Origin: Candidatus Pelagibacter sp. HTCC7211
GTDB taxonomy: Bacteria; Pseudomonadota; Alphaproteobacteria; Pelagibacterales; Pelagibacteraceae
DNA: 32,000 nucleotides
Direction of reading: 5' to 3'
Assembly (NCBI RefSeq): GCF_000155895.1
Contig: NZ_DS995298.1
Location: forward strand, 300,001 to 332,000
Below, piece after piece: positions 15,609 through 27,975 of this stretch. Position 1 is the first letter of the stretch; each line of letters opens with the position of its first letter. The position numbers and the translations under genes are program-made. The notes under the pieces were generated by a model, which saw nothing but the letters and a program-made list of their open reading frames with translations, had not been told where the DNA came from and did no database searches.

Positions 15609-17225
15609 ATGAGTAGTTACGATACAAACTTAGATAAAAATTCTGCAAATTATGTGCCTCTTACTCCTTTAACATTTTTAGAGAGAGCTAAAGATGTTTA
15701 TCCTAATTATGAGGCTATAGTTTATGAAGATAGAAGTTATACTTGGAGCGAAGTTTGTAAAAGAGCCACTAAGTTTGCTAGTGCCTTGGAAAAAATTGGC
15801 ATTAAAAAAGGAGATACTGTTTCTTTTTTAGCTTTTAATACGCCAGAAATTTTTGAAGCACATTACTCAGTTCCGATGACTGGTGGTGTATTGAATACAA
15901 TAAATATTAGATTAGACGCTAATACAATTGCTTATATTTTAGAACATAGTGAGGCAAAAGTTTTAGTCGTAGATAGACAACTGCATGTGGAAGTAAAAAA
16001 AGCATTAAAGATTTTAGACAAAAAAATTATTGTAATAGATATAAATGATAAACATGCGGATCAGTCTAAATTAGAAAAAATAGGTGATTTAGAGTATGAA
16101 AGTTTTTTGAACACTGGTGATGAAAATTATCTTTATAAAATGCCAGATGATGAATGGCAGGCAATATCGTTAAGTTATACTTCAGGAACTACAGGAAATC
16201 CTAAAGGAGTTGTTTATCATCATAGGGGCTCGTATTTAATGTCAACAGGTAGTGCAGTTGCTTGGAATATGCCCAACAGATTAAATTTTCTAACTATAGT
16301 TCCAATGTTTCATTGTAATGGTTGGTGTTATCCTTGGACAATTGCAATGCTAAATGGAAGAACTATTTGTTTAAGGAATATAGACGTTAAAAAAATTTTT
16401 GAATTAATCGACAAATATAACGTTACGCATTTTGGTGGAGCACCGATCGTACTAAATATGATTACGGGCGCACCTGAGAGTGATAGAAAAAAATTAAAAC
16501 AAAAAGTTCATGTTTTGACCGCTGGGGCTCCTCCACCAAGTATAATTTTTAAAAAAATGAAAGATCTTGGATTTGAAGTAATGCATGTTTATGGTTTAAC
16601 AGAAACTTATGGTCATGTTACTCAATGCGCATGGAATGAAGAGTGGAATGCATATGATGAGGATAAACAAAATGAAATTAAGGCAAGACAAGGCGTGAGA
16701 TATCCAAATACAGAAGGTGTAACAGTTATGGATCCTGAAACTATGAAAGAAGTTCCAAGTGATGGCAAAACCATCGGTGAAATTATGATAAGAGGAAACG
16801 TTGTTATGAAAGGATATTTTAAGGACAAAGAAGCTACTGACAAAGCGATGGCTGGTGGCTGGTTTCACTCAGGAGACCTAGCAGTTATGCATCCAGATGG
16901 GTACGTTAAAATACAAGATAGGTCAAAAGATATAATTATTTCAGGAGGTGAAAATATATCTTCAATTGAGATAGAAAATACACTCTCAAAACACCCATCC
17001 GTTTCTATTGCAGCAGTAGTTGCTAAACCTGATGAAAAATGGGGAGAAGTACCATGTGCTTTTATTGAAATGGTCACTGATAAGCCTACTACCGAAAAAG
17101 AATTAATTGATTTTTGTAAAGAAACTTTGGCTGGTTTCAAAGTACCTAAACAAGTAATTTTTTGTGAGTTACCAAAGACATCCACAGGAAAAATTCAAAA
17201 ATTTGAATTAAGAAAACAATTCTAG
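15609..17225 (+). CDS. dmdB: AMP-forming acyl-CoA ligase; probable 3-methylmercaptopropionate-CoA ligase
   Basis: 538 aa with the AMP-binding signature LSYTSGTTGNPKGV, plus GWFHSGDLAV and the C-terminal PKTSTGKIQK. It starts 2 nt after the dehydrogenase stop. Substrate is assigned from context. Confidence 0.8.
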   Translation: MSSYDTNLDKNSANYVPLTPLTFLERAKDVYPNYEAIVYEDRSYTWSEVCKRATKFASALEKIGIKKGDTVSFLAFNTPEIFEAHYSVPMTGGVLNTINIRLDANTIAYILEHSEAKVLVVDRQLHVEVKKALKILDKKIIVIDINDKHADQSKLEKIGDLEYESFLNTGDENYLYKMPDDEWQAISLSYTSGTTGNPKGVVYHHRGSYLMSTGSAVAWNMPNRLNFLTIVPMFHCNGWCYPWTIAMLNGRTICLRNIDVKKIFELIDKYNVTHFGGAPIVLNMITGAPESDRKKLKQKVHVLTAGAPPPSIIFKKMKDLGFEVMHVYGLTETYGHVTQCAWNEEWNAYDEDKQNEIKARQGVRYPNTEGVTVMDPETMKEVPSDGKTIGEIMIRGNVVMKGYFKDKEATDKAMAGGWFHSGDLAVMHPDGYVKIQDRSKDIIISGGENISSIEIENTLSKHPSVSIAAVVAKPDEKWGEVPCAFIEMVTDKPTTEKELIDFCKETLAGFKVPKQVIFCELPKTSTGKIQKFELRKQF

Positions 17226-17233
17226 GTAATTAC

Positions 17234-18010
17234 TTGATATTTCAGATAGAAAATAAAAATGTTCATGCATCAGATGCTGGGCAAGGTATTGATAGTAAAA
17301 AGGATACTATAATATTTCTTCATGGAAGTGGTCTTTCGCATATTGTGTGGTCTTTAGCTGAACAATTTTTTTCAAATAAAAATTTTAATGTTTTATCACT
17401 TGATTTACCTGGTCATGGTAATTCAGACGGCCCTTGTTTAGATACAATTGAAAAAATTGCTGATTGGATAGAAAATGTACTTAAAAAACTAGATTTAAAA
17501 AAAGTAATACTTATTGGCCACTCCCAAGGATGTTTAGAAATATTAGAATATGCTCATAAATACAAAAATAGGCTTAAAAAGTTAGTTTTTATCGGAGGGT
17601 CATATCGAATGCCAGTTAATCAAGATCTTATAGATCTTGCAAAAAATGGTGATTCAGAATCTGTTAAACTAATGATGAAATGGGGATTTAAAGACTCTAA
17701 AAAATTCATAGGAGGTAATCCAGTCGAAAAAATAATTCAGTCTCCTAGAGACATAAGTGAAATTTTAGCAGTCGATCTTGTTGCATGCAATAATTATTCA
17801 AATGGTTCAATTGCAGCAAAGGAAATAGATTGTCCCTCAATGTTAGTCTTTGGATCTGATGATAAAATGGTTAATTTTGAGGTAGGAAAAAAATTTGCGA
17901 ATTTAATTAATAATTCAATTACCTGTGTGATAGATGATTGTGGTCATATGATAATGATTGAAAAAGCTTTTGAAATGAGAGAGAAGATCCTAGAATTTTT
18001 AAAAAAATGA
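17234..18010 (+). CDS. Alpha/beta-fold hydrolase of unknown function embedded in the dmd cluster
   Basis: 258 aa with the oxyanion motif FLHGSG, the nucleophile elbow GHSQG, an acid candidate in FGSDDKMV and His in [13 protein letters not shown] start is the only in-frame start upstream of the HGSG strand. Its stop overlaps the next gene's start (ATGA, 18007-18010). Confidence 0.85.
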   Translation: MIFQIENKNVHASDAGQGIDSKKDTIIFLHGSGLSHIVWSLAEQFFSNKNFNVLSLDLPGHGNSDGPCLDTIEKIADWIENVLKKLDLKKVILIGHSQGCLEILEYAHKYKNRLKKLVFIGGSYRMPVNQDLIDLAKNGDSESVKLMMKWGFKDSKKFIGGNPVEKIIQSPRDISEILAVDLVACNNYSNGSIAAKEIDCPSMLVFGSDDKMVNFEVGKKFANLINNSITCVIDDCGHMIMIEKAFEMREKILEFLKK

Positions 18011-19116
18011 AAAAATTTCCAATAGCTAAATCTCGAAGACTTAGAAGTACTCCTTATACAGATAGAATAGAAAGACAAGGGGTAAGCTCTTACACTGTAT
18101 ACAATCATATGTTACTGCCTGCTTCATTTGTTTCGGTAGAGGCAGATTATCATCATTTAAAAGAATTTGTTCAAGTTTGGGATGTTGCCGCTGAAAGGCA
18201 AGTTGAGATATCAGGAAAAGACTCCGCTCAGTTAGTTCAATTGATGACATGTAGAGATCTTTCAAAATCAAAGGTTGGTAAATGTTACTATGCTCCCATA
18301 ATTGATGGACAAGGAAATTTAGTTAATGATCCTATTATTAACAAATTAGCTGAAAATAGATGGTGGTTATCTATTGCTGACTCTGATGTTATTTTTTTTG
18401 CAAAAGGACTTGCTTCAGGTAATAAATTTGATGTTGATATAAAAGAACCTGATGTAAATATTTTAGCTGTTCAAGGTCCTCTTTCAGATAAATTAATGTC
18501 AAAAGTTTTTGGAGAAAAAATATCTCAGTTAAAATTTTTTAATTTTGATTATTTTGAATTTAAAGGTATGAAACATTTTATCGCTCGATCAGGATGGTCA
18601 AAGCAAGGTGGTTTTGAAATTTATGTTGAAAATGCTGAAGCAGGAAAAGAGCTTTATGATTATTTGTTTGAAGCTGGTTTGGAATTTAATGTAAAACCAG
18701 GATGTCCAAATCTGATTGAAAGGATTGAAGGAGCACTTCTTTCATATGGAAATGATTTTGATAATAGAGACAATCCTCTTGAAGCAAATTTTGAAAAATA
18801 CACTAATTTAGATAGTGAAGTAGAATTTTTGGGAAAAGATAGATTAAAAAAAATTAGAGATAAAGGTGTCAAAAGAAAACTAATGGGAGTTAAAATTGAT
18901 CATGATCAAATTGATATGTATTGTGAAAAAACTCTTTTTGATGACAATAATAATATCATTGGCTTTGTTAGATCGGCCACTTATTCTCCAACATTTAAAA
19001 AAGTTATTGGCATAGCAATGATCAATAAACCTTATTGGAATTCAAAGAATTCATTTAAAATAGAGATAAATGAAAAAATTCATTTAGGAAATATTTGCGA
19101 TTTACCCTTCATTTAG
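18007..19116 (+). CDS. dmdA: GcvT-fold aminomethyltransferase-family protein; probable dimethylsulfoniopropionate (DMSP) demethylase
   Basis: 369 aa resembling the glycine-cleavage T-protein family ([22 protein letters not shown]..., [23 protein letters not shown]). No gcvH or gcvP is nearby. It is coupled to the acyl-CoA ligase/dehydrogenase genes, and its length and N-terminus match my recollection of Pelagibacter DmdA. Confidence 0.85.
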   Translation: MKKFPIAKSRRLRSTPYTDRIERQGVSSYTVYNHMLLPASFVSVEADYHHLKEFVQVWDVAAERQVEISGKDSAQLVQLMTCRDLSKSKVGKCYYAPIIDGQGNLVNDPIINKLAENRWWLSIADSDVIFFAKGLASGNKFDVDIKEPDVNILAVQGPLSDKLMSKVFGEKISQLKFFNFDYFEFKGMKHFIARSGWSKQGGFEIYVENAEAGKELYDYLFEAGLEFNVKPGCPNLIERIEGALLSYGNDFDNRDNPLEANFEKYTNLDSEVEFLGKDRLKKIRDKGVKRKLMGVKIDHDQIDMYCEKTLFDDNNNIIGFVRSATYSPTFKKVIGIAMINKPYWNSKNSFKIEINEKIHLGNICDLPFI

Positions 19117-19135
19117 TATAAGTTTTAACATAATC

Positions 19136-20143
19136 ATGAATATAGCGATCGTTGGTGCCACTGGTAATGTGGGTAGAAAAATACTTGAAGTTCTTGAAAA
19201 GAAAGAGCTTTCAATTGATAATTTATACTTGTTAGCATCTTCTAGAAGCGCGGGATCAAAGATAAATTTTCTTGGTGATGAACATGAAGTTTTAAATCTT
19301 GAAACTTTTGATTTTTCTAGAGCAAAAATAACTTTTTTTGCGGCGGGAGGAAAAATTTCAGAAAAATTTGCTGAAAAAGCTGCCAAACATTCTTTAGTAA
19401 TAGATAATTCCAGTTTTTATAGAATGGATCCAGATGTTCCTTTAATTGTACCTCAAGTTAATTCGGATCATTTAAATAATATAAAAAAAAATATTATTGC
19501 AAACCCAAACTGTTCAACTGCACAATTAGTAATTGCGCTCAAACCGTTACATGACTTATTTACAATTAAAAGGATAGTTGTGTCGACTTATCAATCAGTT
19601 TCAGGTGGTGGTAAAGCACAAATGGATGAACTTATTGATCAGACAAAATTAATTTTAGAAAAAAAAAAAGTTGAGTCTAAAAACTTTACAAAGCAAATTG
19701 CATTTAATGCAATTCCCCAAATTGATGTTTTTGCAGACGATGGTTATACAAAAGAAGAGCTTAAAATGACTAATGAGATAAAAAAAATTTTAGGCAGCAA
19801 AATAGAGTTAACAGCTACCTGCGTTAGACTTCCTGTTTTAGTTTCTCATTCAGAGTCAGTTAATATTGAATTTGAAAAGCTTTTTACTTTAGAAAAAGTG
19901 AGAGAGGCTCTTGATAACTTTAAGGGTTGTAGAGTAGTAGATGAAAGATCAGACGGAGGCTATATAACTCCATTAGAAGCCGAAGGAAGAGATGAAACTT
20001 TTATTTCAAGAATAAGAGAAGATAAAACTGTAAATAATGGATTAAATATGTGGATTGTTTCAGACAATCTTTTAAGAGGCGCAGCTTTAAATGCAGTTGA
20101 GATAGCAGAAAATTTAATTAAAAATAACTTCTATGGAAAATAA
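19136..20143 (+). CDS. asd: Aspartate-semialdehyde dehydrogenase
   Basis: 335 aa with the NAD(P) fold MNIAIVGATGNVGRK, the active-site Cys context IANPNCSTAQLV, plus QSVSGGG and SDNLLRGAALNAV. Confidence 0.95.
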   Translation: MNIAIVGATGNVGRKILEVLEKKELSIDNLYLLASSRSAGSKINFLGDEHEVLNLETFDFSRAKITFFAAGGKISEKFAEKAAKHSLVIDNSSFYRMDPDVPLIVPQVNSDHLNNIKKNIIANPNCSTAQLVIALKPLHDLFTIKRIVVSTYQSVSGGGKAQMDELIDQTKLILEKKKVESKNFTKQIAFNAIPQIDVFADDGYTKEELKMTNEIKKILGSKIELTATCVRLPVLVSHSESVNIEFEKLFTLEKVREALDNFKGCRVVDERSDGGYITPLEAEGRDETFISRIREDKTVNNGLNMWIVSDNLLRGAALNAVEIAENLIKNNFYGK

Positions 20144-20516
20144 AAGCCCATTATCTCCTCATATACAAATATATAGATGGCACATTTCATCTTTAGTTTC
20201 TATCTCTCATAGAATAACTGGTATAATCAATATTATAGCAATAACTTTAATTTGTATCTGGGCATCAATGTTAATTTTAGGAGATTCAAGTTACAGTACT
20301 ATAAATTTATTTTTTAATTCTTTATTAGGAAAGTTTTTTGCTATTGGTTTAGCTTGGTCATTTAGTTTTCAAATTCTAAGTGAAATAAGACATTTAATAA
20401 TGGACATGGGTTATGGATTTGAATTAAAAACAACTCGAATAACAGGAATAGCTGTTATTTTTGGCTCTGTTGCCTTGACTATTTTAATTTATTTAATAGG
20501 TAAAAATTTTATTTAA
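20133..20516 (+). CDS. sdhC: Succinate dehydrogenase cytochrome b556 subunit
   Basis: 127 aa with three TM helices and the N-terminal SPLSPHIQIYRW motif including a His heme ligand context. It overlaps asd by 11 nt. Confidence 0.9.
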   Translation: MENKSPLSPHIQIYRWHISSLVSISHRITGIINIIAITLICIWASMLILGDSSYSTINLFFNSLLGKFFAIGLAWSFSFQILSEIRHLIMDMGYGFELKTTRITGIAVIFGSVALTILIYLIGKNFI

Positions 20517-20843
20517 ATGAATTTAGCTACAAAAAAATGGATTTTCTTAAAAATCTCATCAATCATTTTGTTACCTTTAATGATTTGGTTTATTTTGAAT
20601 TTTATAGCAATTTATAATCAAAATTATTTAGAAGTTTTAAAATTTTTTACAAATTCAACTAGTAAATTTTTATTTAGCTTATTTATAATTTTTGCATATT
20701 TTTTTTCGGCACTTAGTATAAGTGAGGTATTTGAAGACTATATTGGTGATGATAAAATCAAAAATGTCGCAAACAGACTATTATTTTTATCTGCTATAGT
20801 TATCCCATTATTAACAATTATATTTTTATTTAATCTAAATTAA
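20517..20843 (+). CDS. sdhD: Succinate dehydrogenase hydrophobic membrane anchor subunit
   Basis: 108-aa three-TM protein lying directly between sdhC and sdhA (TAAATG and TAATG junctions). Confidence 0.85.
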   Translation: MNLATKKWIFLKISSIILLPLMIWFILNFIAIYNQNYLEVLKFFTNSTSKFLFSLFIIFAYFFSALSISEVFEDYIGDDKIKNVANRLLFLSAIVIPLLTIIFLFNLN

Positions 20844-22618
20844 TGAGTACTTATAAAATTATAGATCACGAATATGACGTTGTAGTATTAGGTGCTGGAG
20901 GATCAGGCCTAAGGGCTGCTGTTGGCTTGAGTGAGGCAGGTTTAAAAACTGCGTGTATCTCAAAAGTTTTTCCAACAAGAAGCCATACATCTGCAGCTCA
21001 AGGAGGTATTTCAGCTGCCCTTGGAAACATGGGAGAAGATGATTGGCGATGGCACATGTATGATACCGTAAAAGGTGCAGACTGGTTAGGTGATCAAGAT
21101 AGCATTGAGTATTTATGTAAAGAAGCACCGCAAGCAGTAATTGAGTTAGAAAAATATGGTGTGCCTTTTAGTCGAACAGAGGAAGGAAAGATTTATCAAA
21201 GACCATTTGGAGGAATGACAAAAAATTATGGTAATGGGATAGTTCAAAGAACTTGTGCTGCCGCTGATAGAACAGGTCATGCAATTCTACATACTCTTTA
21301 TGGACAAGCTTTAAAACACAATACAGAGTTTTTTATAGAATATTTTGCATTGGATTTATTAATGAAAGATGGTGAGTGCAAAGGATTAATAGCTTGGAAT
21401 TTAAATGATGGAACAATTCATAGATTTAGGGCGCATACAGTAATTATTGCTACTGGTGGGTATGGAAAAGTTTATTACTCAGCAACTTCTGCACATACGT
21501 GCACAGGTGATGGTAATGCTATGGTTTTAAGAGCTGGACTTCCATTACAAGATATGGAGTTTGTACAATTTCATCCAACAGGAATATATGGTCACGGTAC
21601 TTTAATTACTGAAGGGGCTAGAGGCGAAGGAGGTTACCTTACAAATTCAAAAGGTGAGAGGTTCATGGAAAGATATGCCCCAAGTGCAAAAGATCTAGCG
21701 TCAAGAGATGTGGTAAGTAGATCAATGTCAATTGAAATCAATGAGGGAAGAGGAGTTGGTAAAGATCAAGATCATGTTCATTTGAACTTAAGTCATTTGG
21801 ATAAAGAAATTATTGAAAGTAGATTGCCAGGAATTACTGATGCTGCAAGATTATTTGCAAATGTGGATGTTACTAAAGAGCCAATTCCAGTAGTACCTAC
21901 TGTTCACTACAATATGGGTGGTATTCCAACAAATTATAAAGGAGAAGTTATGACAGTAAATGGTTCTGAAAAAACTGTTCCTGGATTGATGGCAATTGGA
22001 GAAGCTGCGTGTGTTTCCGTTCACGGAGCCAATAGATTAGGATCTAATTCTTTAATTGACTTAGTTGTATTTGGAAGAGCAGCAGCTAAAAGGGCCGCAG
22101 AATTAATTAAACCAGGAACTCCCCATGAAGAAATTGGAGAAACTGAAACTCAAAAATGTTTGGATAGGTTTGATAAACTTAGAAATGCAAATGGTGAAAA
22201 TAGTACAGCAGATCTAAGACTTGCTATGCAAAAAACAATGCAATCAAAATGTGCAGTTTTTAGAACTGAAAAAAATCTTAAAGAAGGTGTTGATGAAATC
22301 AGAAAAACTTATGATGGAATGGACTCTATTTCAGTTAAAGATAGATCGTTAGTATTTAACACAGATTTAGTAGAAACTTTAGAGTTTGACAATTTAATTA
22401 GACAAGCTGTAGCTACAGTTGATTCTGCCTACCACAGAAAAGAAAGTAGAGGAGCTCATGCAAGAGATGATTATCCAAAAAGAGATGATGAAAAATTTAT
22501 GCAACATACACTAGCTTGGTGTGATGGCAAGAATACAAAAATAAGTTATAGAGAAGTACACAAATCTACGTTAACTAATGAAGTACAATACTTTCCACCA
22601 CAAGAAAGAGTGTATTAA
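20843..22618 (+). CDS. sdhA: Succinate dehydrogenase flavoprotein subunit
   Basis: 591 aa with the FAD fold [16 protein letters not shown], the covalent-FAD His context [11 protein letters not shown], plus HPTG and ESRGAHAR. Confidence 0.97.
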   Translation: MSTYKIIDHEYDVVVLGAGGSGLRAAVGLSEAGLKTACISKVFPTRSHTSAAQGGISAALGNMGEDDWRWHMYDTVKGADWLGDQDSIEYLCKEAPQAVIELEKYGVPFSRTEEGKIYQRPFGGMTKNYGNGIVQRTCAAADRTGHAILHTLYGQALKHNTEFFIEYFALDLLMKDGECKGLIAWNLNDGTIHRFRAHTVIIATGGYGKVYYSATSAHTCTGDGNAMVLRAGLPLQDMEFVQFHPTGIYGHGTLITEGARGEGGYLTNSKGERFMERYAPSAKDLASRDVVSRSMSIEINEGRGVGKDQDHVHLNLSHLDKEIIESRLPGITDAARLFANVDVTKEPIPVVPTVHYNMGGIPTNYKGEVMTVNGSEKTVPGLMAIGEAACVSVHGANRLGSNSLIDLVVFGRAAAKRAAELIKPGTPHEEIGETETQKCLDRFDKLRNANGENSTADLRLAMQKTMQSKCAVFRTEKNLKEGVDEIRKTYDGMDSISVKDRSLVFNTDLVETLEFDNLIRQAVATVDSAYHRKESRGAHARDDYPKRDDEKFMQHTLAWCDGKNTKISYREVHKSTLTNEVQYFPPQERVY

Positions 22619-23397
22619 TGGTTCAAATAAATTTACCTAAAAATTCTGAAGTAATTAAAGGTAAATACTATCAAGACAAAACTGGATCAAAAAACATAAG
22701 AAAAGTAAATGTTTATAGATGGGATCCTTCTACAGAAGAAAATCCTAGAATTGATACATATGAAGTTGATATGGATAATTGTCCATCAAAAGTTTTAGAT
22801 ATTTTAAATAAAATTAAAAATGAAATTGATCCAACATTAGCCTATAGAAGATCTTGTGCACATGGAGTTTGTGGATCTTGTGCGATGAATATGGGGGGTA
22901 AAAATGGTCTTGCTTGCACAACACCACATGCTGAAATAGATGGTGATATAGATATTTATCCATTACCACACTTAAAGGTTAAAAGAGATTTAATTGGAGA
23001 TCTTGATGGTCTTTATAAACAATATCAGTCAATCGAACCTTGGTTAAAAAATAATTCAACAAAAGATACAACTGAAATTTTCCAATCAAAGGAAGAAAGA
23101 GCAAAACTTGATGGTGCATATGAATGTATAATGTGCGCATGCTGTTCAACATCTTGTCCAAGTTATTGGTGGAATGGAGATAAATATTTAGGTCCCGCAG
23201 TTTTGCTTCAAGCATATAGATGGATTATTGATAGTAGAGACGAGGAAAGAAAAGCTAGGTTAAAGAAGGTTGCTGATGAATTAAAACTTTATAGATGTCA
23301 TACTATTCTCAACTGCACAAGTGCTTGTCCAAAAGGCTTGAATCCAGCAAAAGCAATTGCAGAAATTAAAAAAATGATTGCTACAGCCAATGTTTAA
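22618..23397 (+). CDS. sdhB: Succinate dehydrogenase iron-sulfur subunit
   Basis: 259 aa with three Cys clusters: [27 protein letters not shown] and [15 protein letters not shown]. Confidence 0.97.
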   Translation: MVQINLPKNSEVIKGKYYQDKTGSKNIRKVNVYRWDPSTEENPRIDTYEVDMDNCPSKVLDILNKIKNEIDPTLAYRRSCAHGVCGSCAMNMGGKNGLACTTPHAEIDGDIDIYPLPHLKVKRDLIGDLDGLYKQYQSIEPWLKNNSTKDTTEIFQSKEERAKLDGAYECIMCACCSTSCPSYWWNGDKYLGPAVLLQAYRWIIDSRDEERKARLKKVADELKLYRCHTILNCTSACPKGLNPAKAIAEIKKMIATANV

Positions 23398-23436
23398 ATA
23401 GACTAACAAGAATTTTTGATTTAAAAGACCGTATTC

Positions 23437-25901
<2,465 letters not shown>

Positions 25902-25903
25902 TA

Positions 25904-27064
25904 ATGAATATTCACGAACATCAAGCAAAACAAATCTTAAAAAAATATGGGGCAGTTGTACCAGAAGGAGTATTTAGTCTTACAGTTGAAGATCTTGTTG
26001 AAAAAGCAAAATCACTAAATACAAAAAAATATGTTTTAAAAGCTCAAATCCATGCAGGTGGAAGAGGAAAAGCAGGGGGAGTAAAAATATTAGATACTAT
26101 TGAAGATTTAAGTGAGGCAGCAAAAGAGATGATGGGAAAAATCTTAGTTACTCATCAAACAGGTCCTGAAGGAAGAGAAGTAAAAAGACTATATGTCGAA
26201 GAGTCATCAAATATTGATAAAGAGTTTTATTTGTCTTGTTTAGTCGATAGAGCTAGTTCTAAAATAGCTTTCATATCTAGTGACCAGGGTGGAATGGACA
26301 TTGAAGAAGTAGCAAGTAACTTGCCTGAGAAAATCATAACAACTAAAGTTGATATTGGTAATGAAATTTCCGACAAAGATTGTGAAGAGATAATTAAAAT
26401 TTTTAACTTAAATGATAGTGCAAAAATACAAGCAATTTCGCTAATTAAATCAATTTATCAAATGTTTATAAGCACAGATGCAAATATGGTTGAGGTTAAT
26501 CCATTAATCTTAACCAAGGAAGAAAAAGTAATTTGTTTAGATGCAAAAGTAAACTTTGATTCAAATGCTTTATTTAGACATCCTGAGATTGTTGAGTTAA
26601 GAGATTTAAATGAAGAAGATCCAACAGAAATAGAGGCCAGCAAACACGATCTAGCTTATATAAAATTGGATGGAAGTATTGGTTGTATGGTTAATGGGGC
26701 AGGTTTAGCTATGGCAACTATGGACATAATTAAATTATATGGAAAAGAGCCAGCTAATTTTTTAGATGTTGGCGGCGGTGCCTCAAAAGAAAAAGTTTCA
26801 GCAGCCTTGAAGATAATTCTATCAGACAAAAATGTTAAAGGAATTTTAATTAATATTTTTGGAGGGATAATGAGATGCGATGTACTTGCTCAAGGAGTGG
26901 TAGATGCCGCTAAAGAAATAAATATTAGTGTTCCATTAGTTGTTAGACTTGCTGGGACAAATTTCAAAGAAGGTAAAGAAATATTAGATAACTCAGGATT
27001 AAAGTTAATTTCAGCTGAGAACTTAGATGATGCAGCGAAAAAAATTGTAGAGGCAATTAAATAA
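25904..27064 (+). CDS. sucC: Succinyl-CoA synthetase beta subunit
   Basis: 386 aa with the N-terminus [16 protein letters not shown], an ATP-grasp region, and [15 protein letters not shown]. Confidence 0.97.
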   Translation: MNIHEHQAKQILKKYGAVVPEGVFSLTVEDLVEKAKSLNTKKYVLKAQIHAGGRGKAGGVKILDTIEDLSEAAKEMMGKILVTHQTGPEGREVKRLYVEESSNIDKEFYLSCLVDRASSKIAFISSDQGGMDIEEVASNLPEKIITTKVDIGNEISDKDCEEIIKIFNLNDSAKIQAISLIKSIYQMFISTDANMVEVNPLILTKEEKVICLDAKVNFDSNALFRHPEIVELRDLNEEDPTEIEASKHDLAYIKLDGSIGCMVNGAGLAMATMDIIKLYGKEPANFLDVGGGASKEKVSAALKIILSDKNVKGILINIFGGIMRCDVLAQGVVDAAKEINISVPLVVRLAGTNFKEGKEILDNSGLKLISAENLDDAAKKIVEAIK

Positions 27065-27065
27065 A

Positions 27066-27941
27066 ATGTCTATTTTAGTAAACAAGAATACAAAAGTAAT
27101 CTGTCAAGGCTTTACAGGTGCACATGGCACCTTTCACTCTGAACAAGCAATTAAATATGGAACTAATTTAGTTGGTGGTGTAACTCCAAAAAAAGGTGGT
27201 CAAAAACACTTATATAGACCTGTTTTTAATAGCGTTATCGAAGCAAAAGATAGCGTTGGTGCAGATGCAACAATGATTTATGTACCTGCTAAATTTGCTG
27301 CAGCTGCAATTATAGAAGCGATTGATGCATCAATAGAATTAATTGTTTGTATTACTGAAGGTATCCCAGTTCAGGATATGCTTAAAGTAAGACAAAAATT
27401 AAATGGTTCTAAAAGTAGATTGATTGGACCAAATTGCCCAGGAATAATTACTCCAGACGAATGTAAAATTGGAATTATGCCAGGAAATATTCACAAAAGA
27501 GGATCGGTTGGAATTGTATCAAGATCAGGAACTCTTACTTACGAGGCGGTAGCGCAAACAACTGAGAATGGTTTAGGTCAATCAACCTGTATTGGTATCG
27601 GTGGCGATCCAGTTAATGGAACAAATTTTATTGATTGTTTAGATTTGTTTTTAAACGACGAAGAGACCAAATCTATTTTAATGATAGGAGAAATTGGAGG
27701 TACTGCAGAAGAAGAAGCTGCAGAATTTGTAAAAAATCATAAAATCAAAAAACCAATAGTTGGGTTTATTGCTGGAATTACAGCCCCTCCAGGACGTAGA
27801 ATGGGACATGCAGGAGCCATTATCTCAGGAGGAAAGGGTGGCGCTGAAGATAAGATTAAAAAAATGGAGGAATCTGGCATAACAGTTGCAAAATCGCCTT
27901 CAATAATTGGAAAAACTTTATTTAATAAATTGTCAAATTGA
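27066..27941 (+). CDS. sucD: Succinyl-CoA synthetase alpha subunit
   Basis: 291 aa with [22 protein letters not shown] and the phospho-His context [12 protein letters not shown]. Confidence 0.97.
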   Translation: MSILVNKNTKVICQGFTGAHGTFHSEQAIKYGTNLVGGVTPKKGGQKHLYRPVFNSVIEAKDSVGADATMIYVPAKFAAAAIIEAIDASIELIVCITEGIPVQDMLKVRQKLNGSKSRLIGPNCPGIITPDECKIGIMPGNIHKRGSVGIVSRSGTLTYEAVAQTTENGLGQSTCIGIGGDPVNGTNFIDCLDLFLNDEETKSILMIGEIGGTAEEEAAEFVKNHKIKKPIVGFIAGITAPPGRRMGHAGAIISGGKGGAEDKIKKMEESGITVAKSPSIIGKTLFNKLSN

Positions 27942-27975
27942 AAATTAATATTAGAGGATTATATTAAATAAACAG

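Noticed and set aside
18007-19116. Annotating the GcvT-fold gene as the glycine cleavage system T protein (gcvT)
   Set aside because: No gcvH or gcvP is adjacent. Instead it is translationally coupled to a hydrolase and sits with an acyl-CoA ligase and dehydrogenase, the context known for DMSP demethylase. A phylogeny is still needed for certainty.
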